DNA from: Chiloscyllium plagiosum
Lineage: Eukaryota
NCBI RefSeq assembly: GCF_004010195.1
Contig: NC_057756.1
Coordinates: 7,444,275 to 7,508,274 of the forward strand
Reading direction: 5' to 3'
Length of the DNA: 64,000 nt
Positions 50,391-63,539 of this stretch are shown in pieces. Position 1 is the stretch's first letter. Every line of letters begins with the position of its first letter. Made by a program: the position numbers and the translations under genes. The notes under the pieces were generated by a model that had not been told where the DNA came from, ran no database searches, and was given only the letters and a program-made list of their open reading frames with translations.

Positions 50391-53300
50391 TAAATAATAT
50401 CCATCGACTTACCTCTGACCATTACCTTTGTCACCTCTTTAAAAATGACCTTTGCCAGGCATGTGCTACCCTTCATGAATCCATGCTGGCTCACTCTGAT
50501 TAGCTATAATTTTTTTAGTTGAGTTGTAACTTTATCCTTCATGACAGATTCTAACAACTTCCCCATCACAGATGTCAGGCTGATTCAACTCTAACTCCCT
50601 GGTTTCCCTCTGTCTCCCTTCTCAAGGAGTGGAGCAACATGAGCAAATTTCCGATCAGAGGTACAACTCCAGAATTCAGGGAATTCTGAAAGATTATGGT
50701 GAGGGATTGGCAAAATGCTCTCCCACTTCTTTCAGCACTCGCAGATGGAGGCCATCAGATCCTGGTTTGTGACTCTTCACTTCCATTCATTTTCCATTAC
50801 TTATTATTTACTGTTGCTGATTTTTGTTAAACTTTGCCCTGATCCTCTGTTAATTTCTGTGGAACTTCTTTTCTGCTCTCAGTACTAAAACAAACAACTG
50901 CAACATGTCTGTTATTTCAACACGGTAATCAACCATATCCCAACTCTCAGCCTTCAGTGGGGGCCAGCAGTACTATAAGTAGCTGCATTCCTTTTCTATA
51001 ACCAGAAAATCATTTCTCATTGCCTCTTAAGGCCCTTGAAAGTTTCCTTTCACCATCCTTTTTAGCTGATCTGGTAAACTGCTTTGTGGCCTCCTTTGCC
51101 AATCCTTGTCTTTGGTTGTCTCTGTGAGAGCTATTCTGGTGCTTTCTGTTTTTATAAGCAACCTCTTCTTATTTTATGCTGCTCATGACTTAATTTGAAA
51201 GGGTTAGTGCACTACAGAAATGGTAGAACGGTTGCTTAACAGACGAATGACGAATGGAGATGCTCTTTTTGAACATTCGTTGCAATTCTCCCATGATTAC
51301 CATTTTTTATTAATACTTTCTACACATAATATTTAACTTTGAAAGATATTACAATTCTGTGTTTTCTTTTAATCATTGTTTTAGCAGGATGTTGACAGGA
51401 AGATTTTCCCCTTGATGATGGGATCAAGGACAGGGGCGTAGATTTAAGGCAAGGGGCAAAGGTTACAGAGAAGTTCTGAGGAAAAGACTTTTCACATTAT
51501 GGGTAGATAGAATTTTACAAGCAAGTTACCAACACTGAACGGTTTGAGCTATAAGGAGAGGCTGAATAGAGTCTGAGTCAGAATCATTTAGCATGGAAAC
51601 ATGGGACTTTTTTCATTGGAACATTGCAACCAGATGGGTGACCAGACAGAGGTTAATAAACTCATAAAGGGCATGGATAAGTTGAATAGGCAAGGTCTTT
51701 TCCCCAGGGTAGAGGATATTCAATATAGAGGCCATAGATTCAAGGTGAGATGTGAAAGATTTAACAGAGACCTAAGGGTTAACCTTTTTAAACAGAGGCT
51801 GGTGCGTGTATGGAATGAACTGCCAGAGGGAGTGGTGGAGGCTGGTATAATTGCAACATTTTAAAGTCATCTGGATAGGTATATGTATGGGAAGGGCTTA
51901 GACGGATATGGGATAATTGCTGGAAAATAAGACTAGATTAATTAAAGATATCTGGTCATCACGGACAAGTTGGACTGAAGTGTTTGTTTCTGTGCTGTGC
52001 AGTTCTATGACTCTATGAAAAAGAAACTGCTAATGTGACAACCCAATTCAAAATGGGAGAAAGGGAAAAATGGATAATTGTCAGTAAGTTAGCTTAACAT
52101 GTCTAAGTAGCAAAACGATGAAGTCTATTATAAAAGATGAAATATGAATAGTTTGAAACGTTATACAATCAACCAGAGTGAGCATTGAGTCATGAAAGGA
52201 GAATGATGGCTAAAAATGGATTACATTTCTTTGAGAAAGCAACAAACAGGGTAAAGGAAGTCGAACAAGTTGTTGTAATGTATTGGGATTTCAACGAGGT
52301 GTCTCACATAAGACGTCTTTGTTGGATAGCAATCATTGGGTGTAAAACATGACCATGAATAGAGGACTTGCTAACTAATAGGAAGCAGCTAGTTGGTATA
52401 GAAGGAAAGCTATAGGATGAGGTGACATTTAAGCAACTATTATTGACAATATATTTTCGTGATGTGAATGATGGAAATGAGTGTTCTGTCGTCATTTTAT
52501 GGTCATGTGCCCATTGCTGGGTAGGCGAGGGGTAAGGATTGCCTAAGGAATCCACACAATAATATAGACAGTGTAAAGGAGTTGGAAAATAAAATTTGAC
52601 AGTCACAATGTAAAGCAGGCATGTGTGAAGTTGAACATTTAGTCAGGAAGAATAGGAGAGTTGGAAAACATTTACAATGGGACAAGTTCAGAGAAATCTT
52701 TAGGGGAGAGAAATTTGTGGGTCCCACAAAAGGGTGTGATAGAATCTTAGAGTCATAGATATGTACAACACACAAATAGCGCCTTCGGCCCAACTCATCC
52801 AGGCTGACCAGATATCTGAAATTCAGAGAAAGTGAGGACTGCAGATGTTGGAGATCAGTCGAAAAAGGTGATGCTGGAAAAGCACAGCAGGTCTGGCAGT
52901 GTCTGAGGAGCAGGAGAATTGACGTTTTGGGAATAAGACCTTCATAATTCCTGATAATGTCAGAATTAATGACAAATAGTAAAACCTAAAGAAATCTGAC
53001 TATGATCGGATGAATCAAGACAAAGGATGAGACAGAGGACAAAGTAGCAAACTTTTCGATGCAACTTAGAAGGCATCCGGTACAGATGGATCAACTGCTC
53101 TGCTCAAGACCACAAGAAATTACAGAGAGTTGGGAGCACAGTCCAATTCATCATACAAACCAACCTTCCTTTCATTTATTCCATCCACGATTCCCACGGC
53201 CTCTGGAAAGCAGCAAATATCATCAAAGACCTCTCACACCCCAGTTATACTCTGTTTCAGTCACTTCCATCAGGCAAAAGATACAATTGCTTGAAAACCT

Positions 53301-54169
53301 GTCGCAGCAGATACAAGAACAGCTTCTTCCTTGCTGCTATCAGACTCATGAATGGACCTCCTCTGTATTAGTGTTGATTATTCTCTGCACCTTCTCTGTC
53401 ATTGTAACACTACATTCAACGTTCTCTTCTATTACTCTGATGTACTTATGTAAGGTATGATCTGTCCAGATCACACACAAAACAATCTTTTTCACTTTTT
53501 CTCAGTGCATATGACAATAATAAATGAAATGAAATGAAACTCACTGTAGCATATTAATGACTGATCTGTAGGACTAGAATCTTTTCGATACTGGTCAGTT
53601 CTATTGCCACGTAATGACTTTCAGGATATCCAAAGCCATAGCTCATTGGATGGTGATGGTGATGATAATACAATGCAACAATAACAAGGTTAAATGATAG
53701 ATTTCATTTGAAGAGTCTTACATGGAAACATACAGATTATAAGCATGTGATAGGACAGATGAAGAGGAAAAATGAACGTGCAAACGCAGTCAAATGTCTC
53801 AACGCTTAATTTGAAAGGGAGACCCAAAAATCTTACATGGTATGAAATTATTGGGGATGAAAATAGGAAGCATTTTAGATCCACTCAGGGTTGAAGTGTA
53901 AAATTTATGCTCAGAATGATAGGAAAAGTAGAGGATTGTGAGGAATATTTTGTACCGATGTTTATAATTAAAGAGATATTGATAAATATCGATAGAAGTG
54001 GAAACAATAAATTTAATGTGGTGTGAAATTTGGTTGAAAAGCATTAAGAGAAATGTAGTCAACGTTTGTGGGAAGTTAACGCCTGTTCTGGCTCGTTTGG
54101 AATTATGGCTTTAAAAGCAAATGGTAAATCATGAAATAAATTGTCATCTTCATTCAGATTTCAAAAGCA

Positions 54170-57100
54170 GAAAGGGCAAAATGGTATCACGGCAGGAGAT
54201 TTTAATTTTCCGAACACAGATTGGGACTGCTAGACCATTAAGGACTTAGATGGGTTGGAATACTTTAATAACATTCATCAGAATTTTTTCAATCTATCCA
54301 CTGGGCCGAATGGGATTTATCCGAGGATTCTCTGGAAGACCAGGGAGCAACTTGCATAGTCTTTGGCTTTGATCTTTATGTCGTCATTGTTTACAGGAAT
54401 AATGCCAGAAGGTTGGAGAAGAGCAAATGTTGTTCCCTTGACCAAGGAGGGGAGTAGAGACAACCCTCTTAATTATAGATCAGTGAGCCTTACTTTGTTT
54501 GTGGGTAAAGTGTTCGTAAAAGTGAGAAGAGATAGGATTTATCATCATCTAGAAAGGAATAAATTATTTAGGGATAGTCAACAGGATTTTGTGATTGGTA
54601 GGTCACGCCTCACAAACCTTATTGAGTTCTTAGAGAAGGTGACCTAACAGGTGGAGGAGGGTAAAGTGCTTGATGTGGTGTACATGGATTTCAGTAAGGT
54701 GTTTGATAAGGTTTCCAGTGTAGGCTATTGCACAAACTACGGAGGCATGGGATTGAGGGTGATTTTGTGGTTTGGATCAGAAAATGGCTAGCTGATAGAA
54801 GACAGGGTGTGGTGGTTGATGGGAAATGTTCATCCTGGAATTTAGTTCCTAGTGGTTTGCCACAAGGATATGTTTTGGGTCCACTGTTGTTTATCATTTT
54901 TATAAATGACCCGGATGAGAGTGTAGAAGGCTGGGTTAAAAGATTTGTGGATGACACTAATGTCAGTAGAGTTCTTGGTCGTGCTGAAGGATGTTGTAGA
55001 TTACAGGTGAACATAGATAAGCTGCAGAGCTGAGCTGAGAGCTGGCAAATCTAGTTTAATGTGGAAAAGTTCCAGGTGATTCACTTTGGAAGGAGTAACA
55101 GGAATGAAGAATACTGGGTTAAAGTTTGCAGTGGAGATGAGCAGAGGGATCTCGGTGTCCATGTACATGGATCCCTGAAGGTTGCCTCCCAGGTTGATAG
55201 GGTTGTTATGAAGGCATACGATGTATTAGCTTTTATTGGTAGAGGAACTGAGTTTCGGAACCATGAGGTCATCATGCTGCAGCTGTACAAAACTCTGGTG
55301 TGGCCACACTTGGAGTATTACGCACAGTTGTAGGGAGAATGTGGAAGCGTTGGAAAGGCTTCAGTGGAGGTTTACTAGGCTGTTGCCAGGATCGAATGAA
55401 GGTCTTAGGAGGAAAGATTAAAGGAGTTGAGGCTGGTTTCATCGAAGAGAAGAAGGTTGACAGGTGACTTAATTGAGACATATAATATAATCAGAGGGTT
55501 TGTGAGGGTGAACAGGTGAGAGCTCTTTTCCACGAATTGCGATGGCTAGCACGAGAGGACATAGCTTTAAATTGAGGTGTGATAGACATCAGACAGATGT
55601 CAGTGGTAGTTTCTGTTCTCAGAGAGTGGTAGGGGCATAAAACTCACAGCTTGCTACAGGAGTAGACTCAGCAACTTTAAGTGCATTTAAATGGTAATTC
55701 GATAGATATATGGGCGAAAATGAAAAAGTGCAGGGTAGATGGGCTTCAGATTGGTTTCACAGGTTGGCGCAACATCAATGGCTGAAGGGACTGTACTGTG
55801 CAGTAATGTTCTATGTTCTATGTTCAGAGAAGTTTCCTCAAGCAGCATATAGAGGCTCCTACTCGGGAAAGGGCCAAACTCGACCTACTCTTGTGAAATA
55901 GGGTAGAACAGGTGATGGAGTGACAATGGGGGAGCACTTTGGGACCAGTGACCACAGTTCTATTAAGTTTAGAATAGTTATGGAGAGGGACACAACTGGC
56001 CCACAGGTTCAATGTCTAAATTGGGGCAAGGAGAATTTTGATGGAGTTAGACAGGAGCTTGCAGGGAACAGTTTATTTGCCGGCAAAGGGATGTTTGGCA
56101 AGTGGGAGGTGCTTAAAAATGAGATAGCTCGAGCTGAAGGTCTATGTGTTCCTGTGAGGGTGAAGGGCAAGTTTGGTACGAATATGATGAAAAGACATAT
56201 TGAGGCTTTGACCAGAAAAAAACAAAGGAGGTATGGCTCAGGTACAGGAAGCCGGTACCAAGGGAATCCCTGGAGATATCTAGAAAGTACAGGCGTTTAC
56301 TGAAGTAGGAAATCGGCTGAGCAAAAAAGGGGCACGAGATTGCCTTGGCTGAAAAGATGAGGGTGAATCCAAAGAGTTATTTTAAATATATTAAAGAAAA
56401 TTAAAGGAAATTGAATGCTGAGAGTGAGAATAGGTCCCGTTAAGGATCAAAGTGGAAATGTATGTGTAGAGATGGGTGAGATTCTCATGGATTATTTCTG
56501 CTTGTTGGAAACTTGTGAAGTTAGTTGTGATATCTTGGGGACAGTCCATATTTCAGCAGAGGAGGTGCTGGATGCATTACAATGTATCAAGGTGGATAAA
56601 TCTCCTGGTCCTGATCAGATTTATTCACAATTGCAAGAGGCTTGAGAGCAATTTCAGTGACCCTGGCTAATCTTTTTGCATCATCGTTAGCCACGAATAG
56701 GTTCCCAGAAGACTGGACGTTAGCCAAAGTTGTACCATTATTCAAGAAGGGCTGCAAAGGAAAACCTGGGAACTATAGACCAGAAACCCAAACATCTGTG
56801 GTCGGAAAGTTATCCTTGAGAAGATTCTGAGGCATAAGATTTCGACACATTTGGAAAGATTGGGTTTTATGTGGAGTAGTGAGCTTGGCTTTTTGACTGG
56901 GAGATCATGGTTGTCAAATTTGTTGGAGTTCTTTGATGAAGTGAGCAGAACGTTTGACGAGGGCAGAGCGATAGATGTAGTCTATATGGATTTTAGTAAG
57001 GCCTTTTATAAGGGTCCACATGGTAAGCTATTCTGAAAGGTCAGTTCGCAAGGAATCCAGGGCGAGCTGGCAAATTGCATACAAAATTGGCTTAATGGTG

Positions 57101-58160
57101 CGAAGCAGAGGTTAATAGTGGAAGGATGCTTGTTGAACTGGAGACCTGTGATTAGTAGAGTACCTTAAGGTTTGGTGCTGGACCCATTACTGTTTTATAT
57201 AAATTATTTGGATGAGAATGTACAAGGCATGATTAGTAAGTTTGCAGCTGACACTAAAATAGGCAGTATTGTGGACAGTGAAGAAGATTATCAAAAACTG
57301 CAGCAGTACCTTGGCCAGCTGGGCAAGTGGGCTGTGAAATGGCAAATAGATTTTAACATCAATAGATGTGTGGACTTGCATTTTGTAAAGTCAAGCCAAG
57401 GTAGGAGGCTCATGGTGAATGGTAGGGCCTTCAGGAGTGCAGTGGAACAGAGGCATCTTGGAGTTCAGGTTCACATTTCTCTGAAAGTGGAGTCACAGGC
57501 AAATAGGGCAGTGAAGAAAGCATTTAGTACACTGGCCTTCATCAGGCAGAGCATTCAGCATTGAAGTTGGGAAGTTATGTTTCACATGTACAGGACATTT
57601 GTAAGACCGCACTTGGAGCATTGTGTTCAATTTTGGTCAGCTTGCTATTGGAAGGATGTTATTAAACTGGAAAGCTTGCAGAAGGAATTTACAGAGATGT
57701 TGCCAGCACTCAATGGCCTGGGTTATAGGGAGAGGTTGAACAAGCTTGGACTTTTTTCTTTCAAGTCGAAGATCTTGAGGTGGTGGGGGATTTATCGAGG
57801 TGTATAAGATCATGAGGGGCACAAATAGGGTGAATGCACTCAGTCTTTTTCCCAGGGTTGAGTCATCGAGGACGAGAGGGCAGAAAGGTTCGAGGGGAAA
57901 TAATAAAAAGTGGCAAGTTTATTTTACACAGAAGGTAGTACGCAAATTAAATGAGCTGTCAGTGGAAGCGGTTGAGGTAGGTACATTAACAACATTTAAA
58001 AGGCATTTGGACAAATAAATGGATAGGAGTGGGTTAGAAGGATATAGTCCAAGTGGAGGGAAATGGAGTTAGAGTGGATGGATATTTTGCTCGCCATGGG
58101 CCTGTTTGGGCCAAAGACCCTGTCTCCGTGTGGGGGATTCTCTGACTATATGACTCGATG
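54170..58160 (+). mobile_element. Two adjacent decayed CR1 LINEs, paralog of 13217-17000
   Basis: Encodes WRRANVVPL..NYRSVSLT, PQGYVLGPLLF and SKFAADTK. The block is absent at the homologous A2 position (~36505). Confidence 0.9.
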
Positions 58161-59120
58161 TGAAGTAGGAAGAATATCCCAGAGGATGAAGGAGCAGCAA
58201 AGTTCATGATTTTAGCTTAGAATCTACTGAGGGATTTCAAACCATTCCAGTGTAGCTATTTTTGCATGACTAGTGGGAAAAGAACATTGATTGAATGGAA
58301 ACATTAAAACAAAGGTGTTTCATTTAATTAATTTTGAGTTCAGTGTAGGTAGAGGTAGGTGTAGTTCTCAATAACTGGTGCTATCAGAACCAAGGGCTCA
58401 TAGGACAAGAAATAGATCATTTTGGACAAAGATAGCAAGTCATTTATTCACCCAGAGCATGGTGATACCAAGGAATCCTCTGCCAAAGAAAGTGGTTGAT
58501 TCCAAAACTTTGGACGTTTTCAAGAAAGCAATCGATATATTTTTATTAAGCTAAAGTGATTAAAGGATGTCAGGAGAAAGCGGTGAGCAGAGTCCTGAAT
58601 TGTATGATCGGCCATCATTAATATTGGGTTGTGAAGTAGATTTGAAAGACCGAATGGACTCACCCTACTCATATATTGCATGTCTCTGTGTTTGATTGAG
58701 ATGCCTCCGTAGAAGCAGCAGCACCTTATGAGCTTAAGCTGTTGTATTACTTTGGTTGTTTAGCTCAGGTCGCTGGATCTGTCAAACACAAGTATTGGTT
58801 TCAATCTCTGTCGGAGTTTGAAAGCTGGTATTGATTTATGAAAATGACGGGCATTTTTTTCGTACAAATGGTGGTGTCTGTATGGAATGAGATGCCAGAT
58901 GAGGTGATAGAGGCTGGGACAATTATAACACAGAACAGGCATCTGGATGGGTATATGAATATGATGTATTTCGTGGGATTTGGGCCAAGTGCTGGTAAAT
59001 GAGACAAGGTCAGAGAGGGAGGTCTGGTCAGCATGAATCGGTTTGACTGAAGGGTCTGTTTCCGTGCTGAACAACTGCATGATTTCTGCAATTCATTGCT
59101 CACAGGGATTGTTCTATCAA

Positions 59121-59293
59121 TGAGTCACTAAGGGTATAAGCCTTCTCTTTGATATTTTCTTATGAAGTCAGAACGAAATAATTTGAATGCAACAGGGACT
59201 TAATATCTCGGTGGTAATATATTTTCCATAACAGGTTAGAAATACGAATGATGCAACTTTAACATTCCCTTGAGAATCTGAAAGAGTATAAAA
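59121..59293 (+). promoter_or_regulatory. Putative proximal promoter of copy B2
   Basis: TGAGTCA at 59121-59127, TGATGCAAC at 59249-59257 and TATAAAA at 59287-59293. Confidence 0.55.
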
Positions 59294-59373
59294 TGGTTTC
59301 TGAACACAGTAATACGATGTTCAACTCGAAGGTTTTGGTTTCACCACCCAGGATTAGAACTTTCACATGCAAA

Positions 59374-59440
59374 ATGCTGCAGTTGTTCACCATTGTTGAT
59401 AAAGTATATTACATCACTATTGCTGCTATTGGCGTCCCTG
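59374..59440 (+). CDS. GPCR copy B2, coding exon 1
   Basis: ATG at 59374 and donor G|GTAAGT at 59441. A 3188-bp phase-1 intron runs to 62628. The exon lies inside track ORF 59293-59571. Confidence 0.9.
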
Positions 59441-62400
59441 GTAAGTCCTTTTTTTATGATTCATTCATAGGATGTGGGCATCGCCGGCTAGGCCAGCATT
59501 TATGGCTCAGAGGGGAGTTTAGGAGTCAGACACATTGCTGTAGGTCTGGAGTCGCATGTTGGTCAGACTAGGTAAGGATTGCACTTTCCTTCCCGAAAGG
59601 ACATTAGTGGGCTAGACCGATTTTACCAAAAATCAACAATGATTCATGATTGTCATTAAACTTCTAATTCCAGATTTTTGTTTACGTTGAATTCAAATTC
59701 CATCATCTACCATAGGGAGTCAAATCTGGGTACCCAGTACATTATCGGGGTCTCTGGATTAATAGTCCAGTGATAATGTTGTGATGCAATTCCCTTCCCT
59801 TAGCCGAACTTTGAAAGTTGCATCAATCTGTGCAATGGAATGCCATGCGAACGTGCTTACAGTTTGCTCAAAGTATTTACCAATTGTTTTCACTGCAGGT
59901 CAGTTAGCGCTGCCATCATCGGACATGCATTATCAGGATTGTTGCAAGTTTTGACTGGAACTTAATGATAGGAGAATCTCTGTGAGCAGTAGATTGCAGC
60001 GATCGGAGACTCATAGAGTTATACAACACAGAAACACAGCCTCCAGTCAAGCCAGCTATTAAAATGGTGGCAAGATAAGACACTGTAGTCAGACCGCCTG
60101 TCTCTCCAGTTCCTTTTCCTTGTCCTTCCTTTCTTGTCACCAGTTTGCAGTATTTTTTCACACACCCACCTCTCACCCCCGCCCAACCCTGAAACTTTTA
60201 GCTACCCCAGCTGGGGAATGGAGATGAGTCATGACTGGATACACGACAGGGGTGAGCAGGGACGAAGACACGGAATGAATCCTCAGGTTACGGCAGTAGG
60301 AAATCTTTTTCCCAGAACGGCATGTGGGGAATCTTGACTCCCAGAGTGGTAAGCGGGGAATCCCAAGTTCCAGAGCAGCATGATGTGAAGCGTCACTAAT
60401 CTTGTTGCTGCTGAGTGTCGGTGAAGGATTGGGCTGAATGTTGGAGAGATGGGGGACACTTGTGGGCCCTCGCACCATGTGCTGAGCTGCTGCTGTTGTA
60501 ATGCTTTACCGGGCTGTAATGTAAACAGCTACCTCATTCCTAACTATACTCAGACACTGTCAGTAATGCTACTGCTTCCCTTTTGAAGCTCTTTAGTATA
60601 ATATCACTGTACTTTTTTTACTCTGTGCGATTTGTACTTGTACCAAAGATGGTATCATTAATTGGCAGCTATTGTAAAATCTTTCCACTGTACTCCTGTA
60701 CTTCTGTACTGGAGGATAAGTGACAACAAAGGATATTAATTATGTATAGTTCTGTTGAGTTGATGACGTGCAAGGAAGACGTTTCCTTGCTTAACACATC
60801 TTATTCGAATTATCTTGTTGAACAATTAAGATTTCTCTTTTCAAAGAATAGTTTAGAGAAAGAAGCGCTAATATTTCCTAATCTCAGTGAGTTACAGGAT
60901 GCAGTAAAATGTGTTCACTAACACATCGCCAGTACTGAGGATGTTTTCCAGTCTTCAACATAATTAGTGATTCGAAATGTAGTTTCCAAAAATGTAGATA
61001 AATATGAGGAGCTAAATTTTAAAAAGGCATATTAGAGCAGGACTTCTTCACTATTTGTCATGGGTCCTGAGGACTACTGCCTGGCAAACAGATCTTGGAA
61101 TGCACGTACATAGTTCCTTGAAAGTGGAGTCGCTCATAGACAGGATAGTAAAGGAAGTGTTTAGTTCACTTGGCTTTAATGGGCCGTGCATTGAGTGTAG
61201 GAGTTAGGACGTCATGATGTGGCTGTACACAACATTGGTTCAGCCACTTCTGGAAAACTGCCATTATTCCTGTTCTCCCTGTGGTAGGAAAGATGCTGTT
61301 AAACCTGAAAGTGTTCAGAAAATATTTACAAGGATGTTAACAGGGACTGCAAGTCTGAGCTGTAGGGAGAGGCTGGATAGGCTAGGCTGTGTTCCCTGGA
61401 GCATCGAAGGCTGAGGGGCATGGATAGAGAGTGAATACTCAAGGACTTTTCCCCAGGGTAAGAGAGCCCAAAGTCTGAGGGCATTGGTTTAAGGTGAGAG
61501 GGGCAAGATTTAAAAGGGATCTAAGGTGCAACTTTTTCAAGCAGAGCGTGACGTGTGTATGGAAAGAGCTGCTAGAGGAAGTGGTGGAGGCTGGTACAAG
61601 TACAACATTTAAAAGGCATCTGGATGGGCAAATGCAAAAAAAGGTTTAGTGGGATATTACCTACATACTGCTAATGGGACTAGATTAATTTGGAATATCT
61701 GCTCAGCATGGATGAGTGGACTGAAGGGTCTGTTTCTGTGCTATTCTCAGAGTGACTGAAAGCAATTGCTGGAGTGTAGCATTGACAGCTGGTTGTGTGC
61801 AAAGAGAAAATAAACCATTTGTAAGAACAAGTTAAAATATATACTTTCTCACTTGAAAGAATTCTTCGTTTTGTCTTATCCTTTGTTAAATTGTTCGATC
61901 CATTGACAGCTCTGCTTGGTTATCTTGATGTTCATCAGTGGTTTCATTTGTCTAACAGCAAATTTCAGTTTCTCAATGGATATCCTTCATCTGTCCAAAT
62001 CCCAACATCAGATCCACTTGTTGATTGGGTGTGGATCTGATATCTTTTTGCAGGTGCCAATGTTGTCATATTCTTGTCAAACATTGTTTAATAAAGTGTC
62101 TGTCCTGTAAGGCAGGATTATGACATGTAATGTTCTCAGAGCCATGATTCTGGGCACTATGTTTTTAATACGGATATCATTCTATGTCAGCTTGCAATGT
62201 GAACATGTGAAAATGAGCCCTTGTAATATTTACATCCGTAACTCTTTGGCTGGGAGAATAGCTTCGTTAATTGTTTAGAACACAGAAGTGAAATGGACAG
62301 TTTGCTATCCTGCTCATATTTCTGATCTTCCATTCATGGAATGATGTCAGTTAAGCTGATACAACATGTGCAACCTGATTCTGCACACAGCAGTAACATA

Positions 62401-62628
62401 TTCCACTGACCACTTTCCACCAACATCGCGATTTTGCAGTACTTCATTTTGAACACCGTACACCCACTCCCTTTGTTTACTGGATGCAGCTAAACATGCA
62501 ATGGAATCAGGATGAAAATTATTTTTACATTTCAATATTCTTCCTGACTGCCCTAATGTCTTCTCGATTCAAATAGAAACCTGTTTGACGTACAATTACA
62601 AAACTAATTTCAGTTTTCTTTCTTACAG

Positions 62629-63539
62629 TTGACACATTGGCAATTGTAATCCTGTCTCAAGGAAAATGCGGCCTCTCCAGACGCACTACTCATTACCTGG
62701 TCGCCATGGCAACAGCGGACCTGATGTTCATCATCACTGACGTTATATTGTATCAACTAAATCAGTACTTTTACCAGGGATCATTCCTATATCTTACACC
62801 TGCATGCATTGTGATTCACTTCCTGGTTTATGTGAGTTCAGACTCTTCTGTCTGGTTCACTGTCACTTTCTCCGCTGATCGGTTTGTGACCATTTGTTGC
62901 CGGAAACTGAAACTGAAATATTGTACAGTGAAAACAGCAAATGTTATTCTTTCAACAACCTGCATTCTTTTCTCTCTAAAAAGTATTCCCATTGTCATGA
63001 CACGGGAAACTATGATTGTGGTTGACAATGTACATTGGTCTTGTCAAATTAAGGACAGCTATTACACAGAACTCGGGTGGATAGTTTATGACTGGTTTCA
63101 GAAGGTGTTAACACCATTACTCCCATTCAGTTTAGTTTTACTCTTCAATGCATTGACAGTCAGATACGTGTTAGTGGCGAATCGGATCCGTAAAAGATTG
63201 AGGAGTCAGAACACGGAAGAGAAGTGCAGCGATCCTGAGATGGAGAGCAGAAGGAAGTCAATGATTTTACTGTTCACTATATCGGGTAGCTTTATATTGT
63301 TGTGGTCACCCTATGTGATAATTTTCATATATTATCAAATTGCAGCACTTGATCCCAAATATTACAACAATAGTTTGCATGTATTTGAAAGAATTGGATA
63401 CATGCTGCTAAGTTTGAGTTGCTGCGCAAATACGTTTATTTATGGAGTAACTCAGTCAAAGTTCCGGGAACAGTTCATTCGCTCTGTAAAATACCCACTG
63501 ACTGCAATCAATCGAGTCTTTACTTTTAGAATGAATTGA
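62629..63539 (+). CDS. GPR139/142-like orphan class A GPCR, copy B2, exon 2 (intact; spliced product 325 aa)
   Basis: Acceptor cttacAG at 62627-62628 and a 911-bp open exon. It has the same 7TM motifs as A2, except TM1 reads GVPVD (N1.50D). Confidence 0.93.

Noticed and set aside
59293..59373. In-frame upstream ATGs giving B copies a longer N-terminus
   Set aside because: The first ATG overlaps the TATA box and the second (59317, 18158) sits at the expected transcription start. The equivalent ATG in A2 (37617) is 56 nt upstream and out of frame.
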